NCBI GenBank assembly: GCA_053919585.1
Contig: CM132786.1
Strand: one strand, 5' to 3'
DNA: 63,025 bases
From: Euprymna scolopes
Lineage: Eukaryota
Shown: positions 39,119-53,469 of the stretch, piece by piece
Numbering within the stretch: position 1 is the first letter of the stretch
Layout of the letters: each line of letters begins with the position of its first letter
The notes under the pieces: generated by a model
Told to the model about the DNA's origin: nothing
What the model saw: only the letters and a program-made list of their open reading frames with translations
The model's database searches: none
Made by a program: the position numbers and the translations under genes

Positions 39119-39630
39119 GTAATTTTGTTTTTCTTTTTATTCGTCAAATAAAATCTTGATTACATTTATATTTTAAAATAAAATAACATCTTTTATTTTC
39201 TAATGAATTCTTTATTCACCAGAAAAGTTATTATTCTTCTATTTAAAATGTTGCTAATTAGAAAGCATTTGTTATAATCTTCAATGCATGTGAAAAGTGT
39301 TTTAACATTTTCCAATTTCTGAATTTTTTATCAATTTGATCTAATGGTAAACATAGTTGAATAAAAAGTATTTTATTAATTTTCAATTCATATCCACATC
39401 CAAAGTGCCTTCCTTTTTGTGAAAATCTTATTTTCTACTGTATTTTTCTACACAAAAAAATAAACATTCATAGACTGATGCAAAAAAAAGATTCTTTTCA
39501 CAAGATTTGATAAATTTTACCATTAATTTTCACTGTATTCAATAATTTATTTCCATTTTTTTCTACTTCAAAATTTCTTTTAACTTTGCAATTTTCAGAG
39601 AAAATCTCTCCATTTTTGTTTTTGTTGCAG

Positions 39631-39720
39631 GAGAATCCATGTTTTCGGATAATTTGAAGTGTTTGTACATGCTAAGTGGGTCTTTTGATTGTACCTTCAA
39701 GATTTGGCAGTTACAGTCAG
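39631..39720 (+). CDS. WD40 gene coding exon 6 (...YMLSGSFDCTFKIWQLQS)
   Basis: TTTGTTGCAG acceptor, CAG|GTTTGA donor; SGSxDxTxKIW WD40 motif. Confidence 0.92.
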
Positions 39721-40686
39721 GTTTGAACTTTGAAATCAAATTGAATTTATTTGTTATTCAAATGAGAAATAGAAAAAAATATTATAATATAAAATAGAAT
39801 CCCACCATTTTTTTCAGTTGGTTTTGTTTTATTAACTGATGCAAGTTTCATATTTTTTTCTCTAATCAAGTGGATCAGCATCATTTTGTTCACTTTTTGT
39901 GTGTCACATTTTGAGAGTAAATAGTTTTTATTAAAGTAGTTGTTTTTCTTTTTCGTTGAAAGACAATAACCGTTTGAGAATCTAAATGTAAATACATTGA
40001 TTTTATAGAATTTAGATTATTTACATGTTTCACAATTTTTAAGAGTTTGGAAATATACAGCTGGAGAAAGTTACATTAGCGCACCTTTTTTTCATGTAGT
40101 AACGAGTCACCACATATCAATGTCTAACGGTCACTCAAGGACAAGTTTTAATGCATGTCAGTGAGACAACACCATGAGGATTGGTAACAATGGCTGAAAT
40201 TGGGCAGAACCTGATTATCTAGGAGGATGCTTCAACAAGAATTTGTTAATATTGGACTTGAAAACAATCATGATGTAGTCAGCTATGAAGCAGCCCCATG
40301 ACATTGTGTTCCACAGATGGGTAGTTCTTAGAAGGATACTTTACTCATAGAAGTTCTGTTGAGATTTAGATACAGAGAAAGGAAAATTATTTACATTGGT
40401 TGTAGAAAGATGAGTTTCCATGATAATTTGGAGAGTTAGATGTTGATATCCTATTTGAATAATCTTTAATCATGAAATTATCACTAATGTTAGCCTTATG
40501 CAAAAAACATAGGTCTGGTTTGGTCGCCTGTATGTGATTACCTATGGATGGTTGGAATGCAGACACCAAATGTTGGAAAAAAGTCTTGATAGTAGTGGAA
40601 CTTTTTGTTTCAGAACTTTTTATGTCAGACGTGTGGAAAGGATTGTTAGATGAGTTGATTGATATAACAACAGAAAATGAGTAAGC

Positions 40687-43103
40687 CACTGATCAACAAA
40701 TTTGTTGTCTATATTTTGTCAGCTGATTTAGGACAAATCTGATGTGCTGAATCCAAAAATCACGTTTGTTTTTCTCAACCAGGTCAAGTTTTTAAACCAT
40801 GGCCACATGTTTTTTTTACATTTTTCTTCACATGTATGCATGTTATTACGAATTCCATTATTATTAATGCAAACAGACAATAATAACAACACATTCGTGA
40901 GTTCGTAATAAAAAAAATAATAATAAGACATTCATGAAATACAATGAACATTAAAACATGTAGGCCCTGGGTTTGGTACACTTCGCTGAAATAAAAATAT
41001 GGGGAGACTCTTTCAAAACCAGAAATATACAATAGACGACGAACAGCGTATGAAAATAACGGAAAACACGACACGCAGTGGTAACTTTCAAAGTTAAATT
41101 TTATTATAAAACAATGAACTAACTATGGTAGGGAAGGAATAATGCAATTAAGTGAAAATAAGAAAAAAAAAGAACAAATTATAAAGATGGGGAGGGGTAT
41201 CTTTGTATACTATTTGAAGATGCCAACGACAAATACATCAATACAAAAAAATGTATCAGTCCAAACGAAACTGGCAATATGAACTCATTGACTTAAATAT
41301 ATGAGAGAGAGGTAATTCACGTTTTTTTTTATGTTTCTTTTCTCTTTTGTTTTTCTTTTAACTTTTAAAGTGGACTTTAACCTTCATTTTATTCGCTTCG
41401 GGCAATAGTTCACAGCACGCTGTGTTCCTTTATCGTATCTATCCAATGTTTTGGGTTATTCTCGGAATATCACGTCTCCTGTGTTCATGAAATTAAACAC
41501 CCGGTATTCCGACAACGCTAGCTTGTTCTTCCAAGCATTATTTCTTTTCTCTCGCTGTTGATATGGAGTGCTCCCAGGCATTACTTCATTTCTTTCGCTG
41601 TTGGTGGAGGGGGGTATCCACATCTTCGGTCATCTGTCGCTGGGTGATGCGATGGAAAATTTTCTCTCTCTCTCTCTCTTCCTCTTCTCAGTACGTGTCT
41701 TAGTCCTTTCTTTCCTTTATTCTTCGTTGCCTAGCAACCCGCACGGGTTGATGCGTTTCTGATCAAATGACTCGGTCATCTCGCTAGCTTGCGTGTCAAA
41801 AGGCTTTTCTCATCTCTCTCTCCTTCTCCTACTCCTTTTTCTCTTTCTTTGAAACTATGTTCATTTGCCTTTGGTAAAATAATAAAATAACAAAAAAAAA
41901 AACAATACATTTCTCGTTGGCCCGAAATTAAATTTTTCAATTTTCAATCAATTACGTAATTCATTTATGGGTTACGTCACAATGTGTCGAGCATTTTAGA
42001 AGACAGCGGGAGTAAAATGGCGTGTCGAATAATTGCTTTGATTTGAAATGATTATTTTAGCGACAAAAACGTATTCAGGTCCAATAGTTCTGCGAAAAGG
42101 GATCAATTTGAAGTCATAAAACCTTGAAATCATCCAAAAGCTTGTGGCATCGTACTCAGCATTACATGAAGAAGGACTGGTCTGTGTGGGAGGAATTGGT
42201 TCCTTGCAAAGAAAGAAACATCAACGACCCTCTGGTGGACAGAGAATATTTTTACCATCACTTGGCTAAATCAAGTAGTTCATAAAGGCTCTGGACAAGG
42301 ATGGTGACTGAGTCACTAGTGCCAGGCTTATCCAAGATTGACCATGGAGAAGTTGAAAACTGGCATCTCATTAGAGATCCAAAGTTTGAAAATGAATGAA
42401 GTGGAGCTGGGAGCGTGGAAGGCATTTATCCTAGTAAAGAACTTTTTAGGCAACAATAAGGTCAGCAACAAGGCAGAACTTGTCAACAACATGGTGACTG
42501 CTTTCAGAAACCTAGGTTGCAACATGAGTGCCAAGATGCACTACCTATTTGTACATATGGACCGCTTTCCTGAGAACCTGGGTGTAATGAGTGATGAGCA
42601 GGGGTAAAGATTCCATCAGAACCTGAAAGAGATGGAGACCAGGTATCAGGATGACTAGGACGCAATCATGATGGCTGACTACTGTTGGAATCTGAAAAGA
42701 GACCTCTTTGCTGCTGAGTATTCCAAGAGTTTGGAGAAACAGAAGTTCAAACCCTGAAGTTTGGAAAATGGTGAAACAATATGCAATTTACATATACTTA
42801 CTTTTATTAATGCTGTTTACGTAAATTGGTGTTTCTATCAGGTAATCAATAGATGTTGTTGGCAAGACGTTTTTTTTTCTCTTAAAAACATATTTAGGAT
42901 GTTTGTTGATAAAAATCAGCTGGTAATGCCACAAAAATGTAATCGATTTTGTCACAAACTCTAACTTTTTTCAAATCAACTTAGCACAAAAACCTGACCT
43001 GATAAAGAGAAACGGATGCCATTTTGTAATTTAGACAAAAATAGCCTAAATCAGTTGTAGAAATCTAGACAACCTTCAAAAAGTAAAAAATTGTTGACCA
43101 GTG
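40687..43103 (+). mobile_element. Decayed Chapaev3-like (CMC superfamily) DNA transposon
   Basis: TIRs CACTGATCAACAAATTT / AAAATTGTTGACCAGTG; transposase remnant KNFLGNNK...LGCNMSAKMHYLFVHMDRFPENLGVMSDEQG*RFHQ...MMADYCW. Superfamily assignment is from recall of the family motif. Confidence 0.7.
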
Positions 43104-44677
43104 TTAAACTATTGAAGAACTGTCATTGAACTGTCATGATTGGACAAAGTGGATAACTTATTTTAATTTAAAAAGGAGTTGTCTACCTTAAGTTTAATAA
43201 TGCGCAAGCTAATATGTAAAAACTAAAATAATTTTGCTACATCCTGCATATTGTCGGATAGGGTTAGGGTTAGAATTGTGTTTTTTATTTTAAAACATTT
43301 TGTTAACATTTCATTTTTGCTTAATCACATTGCAACGATGATTTTGTTTTTGTTCCTTTTCATTTCTTTACTCTCAAATTTTAATCAAATTTTTATCAAG
43401 CATTAACACATTGTCATTCATATACAATCGATAATATTATTTATTTTATGTTACTATAAAATTAAAAGACAGTTTTACTGCCTTTAAACCATTAGTCAGT
43501 CATATCTCATTTGAATTGCATTATTAATAACTGTTTTCTAAAGTTTTATAAATTTATTTTGATATTAATGATTACAAAAATAAAAAAACTTAGTCCAAAT
43601 TTACTAATTCTTATCATCATTAAAGAAAAGCTGAATTCATGATATGTATGTTATTGTAACTTTTGCAAGTATATCACCACAAAACAGATACTGTATTTCC
43701 TTTCCCCCTTAACAAACAATGAAGGTAATGCTGGGAAGAATGATATTTTGACAGCAAACAAGATACTGCATTGAATTAAACATAAAAGATAAATAAAATT
43801 ATTTTATGTTTCAAAATATTTTTTGCTTTTAATAAAAAAATCGGCGATAAATGTTTTTGTTTAAAATTTTCAAGCTAATCAAAAGTTTTTATAACTTATA
43901 AAATTTCTATCAAGAATTAAAAAAATATTTTAAATTATTGGAACATATATTAATCAAAAGAAATATACTTTGCAATCTGATGTAATTGAAAAATTGAATA
44001 AGAATGGTATGAATTATTTAAAAAAATAAAATTCTTTTTTGGTTTTAAGCATAAATGATAGTTTTTCAATTTAGTTATTAAAACATTTGATCATAACCAT
44101 CAACAAAATTACTAATTACCAACTTTATTGTGAATCTCATTTTGAATATAGATCATCCTTTTGTCCAATATAAAATTATTTTAAAAAAATGTTATTATTT
44201 ACCTGAAATTAAAAAATAATAATTTGAGAGAAATTGCTCAATGTTTAGAAACAAATTAATTATAAATAAAATGAAACACTTTTTTATCCAAAATTTTCTT
44301 ATAATTTACACCTCCACTAATTTATTTCCATCTTTTTTTAAATTCTGGATGATTATTGCCAATAAAATCAATTTAAATTCAAATTTGTTGGCATATTCAT
44401 TTCATATATTACTTGCTTTTAGTTGGTCCTGTTGAAAAATTAAAAAATAAAATATTGGAAGTAAAAAAAAAAATGTCAATTTAAGTTATGAGAAAATAAT
44501 ACATAACTAATCCTGGAAAAATTTATAAAATTATTAGAATTAGCTATTATTTAAAATATAAATAAATTTTTAAATTCATTTTAAGAAAAGTTTAAATTTT
44601 TGAAAACAGATTAAAATAATTTTTTTCCTTGCCAAAACAATCTAAATTTGAATTGTTGCTTATTAAATGATTTTAGC

Positions 44678-44773
44678 AGATATGTTTATTAAGTGTTATA
44701 TAAAGATATAGATATGTTTATTAAGTGTTATATAAAGATATAGATATGTTTATTAAGTGTTATATAAAGATAT
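44678..44773. repeat. Minisatellite, 3 x 32 bp
   Basis: agatatgtttattaagtgttatataaagatat repeated three times. Confidence 0.9.
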
Positions 44774-44893
44774 GTGCAATTATTATATTTGATTCTTATT
44801 TTCAATTACTTGCAAACTATGAAGGATAGTAAAAGATAAAAATACATAAAGCAAATGTTTCAAACTCTCATAAAATATGAAATTTCTTTTCAG

Positions 44894-44980
44894 GTAAAAT
44901 GATGAAATCTGTATATACTTATAATCCAGTTACACAACTCGCTTATTTTGATAAAGAAGAAATGTTTGTCACAGTTTCTG
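44894..44980 (+). CDS. WD40 gene coding exon 7 (GKMMKSVYTYNPVTQLAYFDKEEMFVTVS)
   Basis: TTTCTTTTCAG acceptor, G|GTGAGT donor; in frame. Confidence 0.88.
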
Positions 44981-45416
44981 GTGAGTTGTTTATATTTAAA
45001 CAACATTTATTTGTATTTGTTGTAAGGAAACATGTTTTCCAATATATCTTGCTACCTCATTATACTATGAATGGAGATGATGCTGCACTGACTGACACAT
45101 GTATCCAATCTTTATATTATCCAGATATTTGGATTTATGGTATTTTATTATTCCTCCCAGATAACTTTGAACAGTTGATAAAAATGTAACATTGCAAGGT
45201 GCTTTTTTTTTTTCAAAAATAATTTGTTTCTGATCCGTTTGAGATTCAAGAAACATTTTGTAAATGTCATAAGAATATCAAATATCAAACATATTTTAAA
45301 CTGATATGTTTCTTCAGCAAAAACGAAAAGAAAAATTGAAATTTTAATATTATCTGGCATCTATAATACTACTCCCACCCATCCCACCTTCAGCCATCCT
45401 AAAAAGAAAAGCCGAA

Positions 45417-46100
45417 ACTCTAAGTGCGACCGTATCAGTGTCAGGGGGAAACCTAGGCCTGATGTGAAAATGTTTCGATTACAAAACCAGACTTCCTATT
45501 TTAGTTGCAAATAAATAAACAAATTGATATGAAAGAAAATATGTGAAACTTTTGAATACATTTTAAAAAAAAATATATTTTACAGATTTGTAAAAAGAGT
45601 TGTTTTAAAATGAGATTTGTAAAAAACGCTGTGGACACAAGTTAGCATATAAAAGAATAATGTCAATATCAGGTGAAATTTTCAATTATTTTCAATTATA
45701 TTACGTTTATTTACCAACATAATGTGTTGTATAAGATGGTAGGCGTTGAGGCCCCTAATTTTCGAGAGTAGAATCTGTTCTACAGAGAGAAAATAAAAAA
45801 AAAACATGTACAACTGTTCGACTAGGCTTTCCTTTGTCTGTTTTATTTATTTTTTAATTTATTTCTGGAAGTCAGTGTTGCAGACTGGCTGTCAAATCAA
45901 TTCCCAAGATATTAAGTATTGTTAAGAATTATTGTAGTTTTTTTTTTTTAATGTATATAAATGATTAATCATTTATCTAAATATTATATTTGTTTTACAG
46001 ATTTATTTTAAACTAAAACAAGAAGTCTGGTTTAGTAATCCAAACATTTTCACATTGACGCTAGGTTTTCACCTGACACCGGTACGGTTGCACGTAGAGT
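45417..46100. mobile_element. MITE with ~90-bp TIRs
   Basis: actctaagtgcgaccgtatcagtgtcagg...aaaccagacttc versus gaagtctggttt...cctgacaccggtacggttgcacgtagagt. Confidence 0.75.
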
Positions 46101-46544
46101 CATCTATACTTCTGAATTGCTAAAAATGACTTTGGTGATAAAAATCAAATAAAATAAATTTAAAAAAATACATTGGTGATAATATTTTTGAAAATCTTGC
46201 AAAGAATATATTCTGCAGAAAATGTAATTATTAATACGTGCTGATTATTGGAATATTTTTGGAGTTGTTGCAATGAGTGTGAACGCTGCAGATAACATTA
46301 CGCAAAAATATTTATTAAAGTGAATACCAAATGCACAATAAATTGACAACTATCTTAACCTCATAAACTTTAACCTTTGTAACCTTTGGATTTTGTCTTT
46401 AAAAACTGAAATTAAGACAATGACAGTTCACAAAAAAAAGCTCATATTATGAACAATTTAAAAACAAGAAAGAAATATCTCTTCATTGAAATGTAAAAAA
46501 TGCAACATCATCAAATCAAGATTTTAAATTCTATTTAATATTAT

Positions 46545-47520
46545 TTACATTTTGTAGATCTGAAGAAAATGTTTGATAGAGTGCTAAGAAATGTTGCTTG
46601 GCATAAACTAGGGGTAAATGAGTGGTTGCTGAAGCTTGTTCAAGCAATATACAGAAATGCTCAAAGTCATGTTAGAATTACCAGCACATTTCGTAATGTT
46701 AAGTAGAAATCATTGTCCTGGAAATTTTGTTTGGGTTGTCTGGAAGAGATTCTGTATGCTGATGATTTTATGATGAAACCGTGTTTAACAGCTGTTAAAG
46801 ACTTGGAGAAATTCTATAAAATGTAAAGGTTTCAGAATGAATGTTACCAAGACCAAAGTTATTATCAATGTTTGTAGTGTTGAAAAGTTCAGAGAAAGAA
46901 GAAAGTTACCTTATTCAATGTGTGGAAAGGGAGTCTGGTACAATTCAATCTTTTGTGGTACTTTAAATCATTGGATACACCAGAAGTCCAGTGGAATTCT
47001 GATAAGTTAAGAAAGGATAACCAGGTTGTGAGCAAAAAGTTTAAGACAATGGAGATGTGCATAAAGTATATCTGGATGGCAAAGTTACTGAAGTTGTTGA
47101 GAAGTTTTGCTACCTTGTGGATACCATTAGAACACAAGGTGGAGAAAGTGCTAATGTGATTGCAAGAGTTGTAAACTGATGGAATAAGTTTAGGAAACTT
47201 TTGCCAGCAGAGCATTACCACTGTCGACCAAAGGAAAAGTCTATCAAGCATGTGCATGCAGTGTGATGATGTTGGGAAGTGGCCAGTCGGGTGATGTGTA
47301 ATGTGAGTCTTGAAGATTGACTTAGATCTGATAACCCCTGGAAGAAGATTAAATCTGGACCGGGAGATGTGTGCAGAACAGGCGGCTTCAATGGTCTGGT
47401 CAAACTGAAAAAATGGATGAGAATTTTTAAGTGAGCAGATCTAGAAAAGTTGTGGTAACAGGATCAGTTGACAGGAGAATGCTAATGAAAACATGGGAGG
47501 AAGTGATAAGAAAGGTCAGT
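46545..47520 (+). mobile_element. Highly decayed RTE-like LINE RT region
   Basis: FVDLKKMFDRV...LGVNEWLLKLVQAIYRNAQSHVR and EILYADD remnants with many stops. Confidence 0.7.
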
Positions 47521-48130
47521 GATAGGTTAGTTTGGAAGTAAAAGTATAAAATCTATCCAATGCTATGGAAAATGATTTTGTTTAATATTTTTTAACATTT
47601 TGTTCAGAAAATATAAACAATAAAAGAAATTCAGTTATAAATTTCAAAATTAGTGAAACTTTGGTGAATTCCAGCTATTTCCGTTGTCATTTTGATCCAG
47701 CTAAAAAGCTTCCTTTTTCTTTTTAATTGTTATACAAAATCTATTTTAATGCACAGATTTCACTCTTACCGTGTAATTAATAAAGGTGCATCTCATTGTT
47801 ATATCATTACAGTTCAATTATATTATGGTGCGTGAAATGATTATAATCTACCAGTAACAGAATATTAGTCTCATTGCACAAGAAAACAAAACAACAACAA
47901 AAAAAAAAACAAGTAAAATTGGAAGATAAATTTCTATTAATATAATATTTACAAAATTATGTTTTATTGGCAACAAAAAAATTTAACACATTTTCAATTT
48001 AGCTTTAATTTCATTTTACTTAATGACATAAATGAATTCACTTTTAAATTTGATTTATTTGCTCTATTGTATATTTTAAAATTTTCTTGAGTATAATTTA
48101 ATTATTTCTAAATCTTTAATTACTCAACAG

Positions 48131-48222
48131 ATGGTGGCAAGTTGGACTTGTGGAATATCACATCAGCTGAAAACATTTACTCTGGCCGAATTCATGATGG
48201 AGAAGCTATAACTGGCTTAAAA
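48131..48222 (+). CDS. WD40 gene coding exon 8 (DGGKLDLWNITSAENIYSGRIHDGEAITGLK)
   Basis: ACTCAACAG acceptor, AAA|GTGAGT donor; DGxxxLWN WD40 motif. Confidence 0.88.
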
Positions 48223-50064
48223 GTGAGTGAATTTTATTTAAAGTTTTCATTATAAAAAGTTGTCTGCAATTAACATCCTTTAAATAAGAATTTAATATTT
48301 GTTGTTTTTCACTTAATTACATTTAGAAATATCATTATATAAAAATAATATTCTTGAGAAAAAATCTTGTGGTCAATACCTCACTCATTAAGATGTTGAA
48401 ATTATGTAGAGCAGCCTATACAAATTAAAAATTGTGGTTTTTGTAAAGATTGAAATTGCATTCAATGTGCATGAGATTTGGAGTTCTTAAATAGAAATAA
48501 ATCTAAAACTTTTATCATTTTTCTGTTATTAAAAATGATATTTGTTTATGTTAAGAAACTATAAGATGATATGAAATGCAAAAATGCATCAATAATCAGT
48601 GCACCTAACAATATCCATCTTAATTGGCTTCCATTTTACAGGTTGCAATTTCTGCAGTAATGCAATTTCTTTCCTGTTATTTTGTTTTACCTACTCTAAT
48701 TGATATTTCAATTTTACTGTTGTTATGGATACAGATGTCCATAAATGGAGATGTTCATCATAAAATAGGATTCCATGAAATAAAGCATTTTTTTAAAAAC
48801 CTTATGTTTAATTTTCATTATAAAAACTAATATTCAAGTATTTATTATGCAAGAATTAACACGTTTATTTACTTCGCCATTTTTTTTTTCTCAACATATG
48901 CAAACTAATTTTGGTTATTTTCTGTATATGAAGTTACATTATAAATGGAAAAGAACCTAAATACTAAACAAAGCTAATCATGTTTTCTTCTGTCTCTAAA
49001 ACAATGGATGCTTTATGAAAGAATTACTGTACTAGAAGTTTATAGCGAAGCTAGGGTTGTATCTGATTGTTGCTCAAAAGAAAGTACAGTTTTGCTACGA
49101 CTATTCAAAGTTTGAAAAGTAGAGCAAAACATGAAATCAAATCCTGACTAAGAAAATAAAAGAAATCAATCTCTCTGAAGAGAAAAAGAATATACTGGTT
49201 TCCAAACTAAGATAAGTGATTTCCTAGATGGGAATATATATGACAAAAGAGGAAATAACCCTCATTAAAAATGCAGCCCTAAAGGAGGCAAAAATTATTA
49301 TCTTCCTATCAAGAAAGAGAAAAACAGAAGACAAGAGTCTAGATGGAAAAAGGAAGAATAGTGGATACTGTTATAGGCTTTGAAATATGCTCAAACAAAA
49401 CACGTCACACAAAAAAAAAAAAGGACAGAAACTAGGAGCGAAATCTTCTTCTATTTCTGTCTGGGCAAAGAAATGCTCTATCCCAAAATATAACTTATCA
49501 GCGGCAGAACAATCTGAAGGTTTTTAATGAGGCTGAGATGGAGTACATGAAAACACAAGTATCAGCTCTTATTACAAACAGTCAGCTGGGAAACTCGATC
49601 ACAATTCCCATCAGTGACGAATGCACCACCTCAGAAGCACAGCAAGAACAACATTACCACTCACCTGTGATCCATCTGGACTGTCTGCGCCCATGATAAC
49701 AGGGATCCACTTTAACACCAGAATCTCCTTTGTTGAATGACTCCCCTACAAGTCTCTCCTGATCAGCAGTTAACAACAAAAAACCCAAAACAGCCCATCA
49801 CTAGGCCTTGGTTCTTCCTCATGACTACCAACACTTGTACCAGCACCACTACTTCAGAAACTACCAGAATCGGATGAGGTGCAGTTGTTCTTAGAGGAAG
49901 AGCAATAAAAGATCATTGAGGAGGAGGAACAATTCGCAAATGGGTGCAAGGAAAAAAGGGAATGAGTCCGAATAATATTATTAAAAGAAAGATAAATTGT
50001 GCATAGAAAGGAGAAATGAAGAAATTTTAAAACAAGCTATCAAGGCTGATTTAAGAAAAATGAG

Positions 50065-50121
<57 letters not shown>

Positions 50122-52324
50122 CTATTCTGTGTCTATTAGATCTGTTGATCATTCCGTCAAAAATTTTAACAAACTTCTGAATGTTAGTGCTTAAAATAAA
50201 TGAAACAATGATTTCCTAATTTGTTTTAAAAATAATTGTTCTGTTTCATAAAAACCAAAGACTAACAAATTATACACATAAATTCATTTTTACATTTAAT
50301 TGAATTACACATTCTACTGCAACATGAGTTTATGAGAAATAGTGGAATTAAAGAAGCACAAAGATGAATTTCATTTTCTATTTGAAAGAGCATTTTTATC
50401 AGAGATTCACGGAAACCTTTATCACCATTGTTTTGAACAAATTTTATGGAAACATGGAGATACTGAATTAATAGACAGTGTATTCGCAGTAGTCTATATT
50501 TACACCGACATACAAAATCAAAATGCGTAAATGTGTTTGGGCCCATGTCATCTGTGAATACATTGTCCTGAATAAAAACAAATAATTATATTTTGGACCA
50601 ACCAGAAAAGTTTCTGAATTTATTTGAAATGTTTTTTCTTGGAGCCACTTAAATTGTTTATAAAGCCAAAATTTTCTTCAATAAACCAATGGAACCCAGT
50701 TGATCTGAGTCCACAGATTGGTGTTGCTGGGCACCCCACTGTGGGCACTTCCCTCAGCAACATGTCTCCACTAATACACATACAAACATTAATGAACGCA
50801 CAGACACTCACAGCTCATCGACTTTATCATCTCACAATCTGTATAAACTTTATTCATTGAAATATTTACAATCTACTTCACTGACTATCTTACTAATAAA
50901 AAATCAAATAAACATTGACTCTTATAAAAAACTTTCAATGAATTATAATTTATAAAAATGAGCAGAGAAGCTTTGAAAGTGATTTTTCTTGACCCTTGTA
51001 ACTCAAAGCTCTTAATTAATCCATGCTTCTTCAATGTCTCGGCTAATGACACCCTTTTGTTGTTACAATATTCATGAACATTCTATATTTTTCCAATCGT
51101 TTTAAACTTTTATTTTAAACACATATAAAATATCTCTTTTGTGAATATATGCTTCCTGAACTCAATATTTTGTTTTGTTTACCATATGACAATATGTCTC
51201 GCTTTTCTCACATTTGATTATAAACTCTGCAAACATTTTTCACTGAAAATCTTTATCTGAATTTGGCTCATCCCAAAATACTTCTCCCATTACAAAATAC
51301 CCTAAAATAATACCCCAACACTGGCATGAAACACATTCCCAAAGAACTGGTGTCTAGCATTTGCTAAAACTGGTGAATACTCGATGTGATGTGACACACA
51401 AACCTTCCGATTGTAACAACAACAGACAAAAAAGAATTTGTTCACGCCACACTAAAAAAGCAAAATAAAATTGCGATCTTTTGATTGAATGAAAATCAAC
51501 AAAAATAACCACAAAAGGACCACAAAAAGTGAACAACCTTCTGATCCAATCAACAAAATAAGAAATAATCGCTCAGCACAAAAGGCTAACAAAACAACAA
51601 ATGCAATCTTCTGATATAACAAAAAGCAACCAAAAGAAATCTTTCATCACCAAAGGATCATGAAAGTGCACAACCTTATGATTCATCCAAAATCAACAAA
51701 TAATGGAGAAAAGCTCATCAAAAGGCCAAGATCAACCCCTTAAAAAATACAATTCTCTGATATTTTTCAAAGAAAACCAGTGAAAAAAAGATGAATCTTT
51801 CCCATAAGTATTAAAAGCAAAATGAACCAAAAATTCCGACATAAATAATGTCTGAACATGTCACATGTGATAATAATATTTAACGCAAATTCGGTTTATC
51901 CGTTTTCAACTGAAGTGCAGTAGTAAGTCCTTCCAAATTTTTTTACTACAAAATATACAAAATCCAAAGTTTCATCTTCAAAAATACAAAAGAACTCAAA
52001 GAAAAATACTTGAAATTCAGCAACAAAAAAAGATAACAACCTTCACTGAACAAAAAAGTTTTGCTTACAAAAATCTGCAAAAAGTCCAACATTTCAAACA
52101 AATACTTCATTTTTTAAAAAACAAAAACAATAATTCTTAAAAAAATATAAGAATCCTTTCAAACACAACAAAAATACTGTTTTCATCCAACAAAAATCTA
52201 ATTCAATAGCTATAAAACAAATCCTTCTTGACATTTTACTAATCCCCTCCCACAAAAAAAATACACTCATGAAAAATAGAGCAACTCACAAAAATCAGCA
52301 CTAAAACAAAAAATTTTAATACCA

Positions 52325-52372
<48 letters not shown>

Positions 52373-52959
52373 CTTTTTTTGCAAAAGAGAAAATTATTTA
52401 TGTAAAACTACAAATACAACTCTCTTATCTAGGTTTATTTAAAAAAAGCTTAAGAAATTGTTCATCAAAGAAAAACAAAAGCTCCTGTTTAGAGCACTAC
52501 TGAAATCATCCATATAAAATTATGGATTCCTTCAGAGCACTATGTAACCCATCGTTGCTCCTTCCCCCCCAAGTTCAAAGAAAACCTTAAGAAGTTTTAA
52601 ATAAAGGAAATGCTGAGGCATTTCCAGACCGAATATGTTGAAATTGGAATGTTTTCTTTGGAAATTATGCCTAAAAAACATACTCCTCATTATGGACGAA
52701 ATCTGCTCTATAGCCCATTTAGGCATATACTTAGGGATTTGAGAACACTTCCATTATCTTCTTCAGTTAATTTTACATGAGAATACACTTTTAGATTTTA
52801 TGAAGATTTTCTAATTCTCTAAACTTCCTTTCTATAAGGCGCATACAAACACATTGAGTTATATAGAAAGATAGATGACATTTTGAAAATGCCTAATAGC
52901 AAAGTTATTTCTTCCATTCTAGAAATGAGTTATTGATTTTTGTCTACGATTGTTTTTAG

Positions 52960-53179
52960 ATTGAAGATGATCACATCTACACAAGTTCATCTGAAGGAGT
53001 TTTAAAAGTGCACCAATGGAGGAAGAAGAAATTGGTTTGTTTGTATAAGTCTGAAGAATTAAGAATGGCTGATATGCGCCTTATAAGCCAACGAAATATT
53101 CGCCATATTGGTGTCTTCAATCAAATCATTTATTATGGTGATGATGGAATAAATATTAAAGCTGTCAACTGGAAAAAAG
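52960..53179 (+). CDS. WD40 gene coding exon 9 (IEDDHIYTSSSEGVLKVHQW...YYGDDGINIKAVNWKK)
   Basis: TGTTTTTAG acceptor, G|GTCAGA donor; 220 nt open in frame. Confidence 0.87.
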
Positions 53180-53469
53180 GTCAGAATATTTGCATTGTGT
53201 TTTTTTTTTTTTTTTTTCAATAAAACATTTTATCAATGTTATTTGAATGAACTTCTTGTGAAAAGAAGTTGAAAATTGACACAATTAAATGATGTGACAT
53301 TTTCCATTATCTTTTGTTTTTTGATGATCAAATATTTTTGACTGATAATTTCATTGTAGTCATTAACAAAATTTGAGATGTCATAAAATGTTTTGTGTAA
53401 CTTTTGTACTGTTTCACTTCGTAATTGTAGGGAAAATTGTGGCCTACCATTAAAGCATTTGCGTATTAT

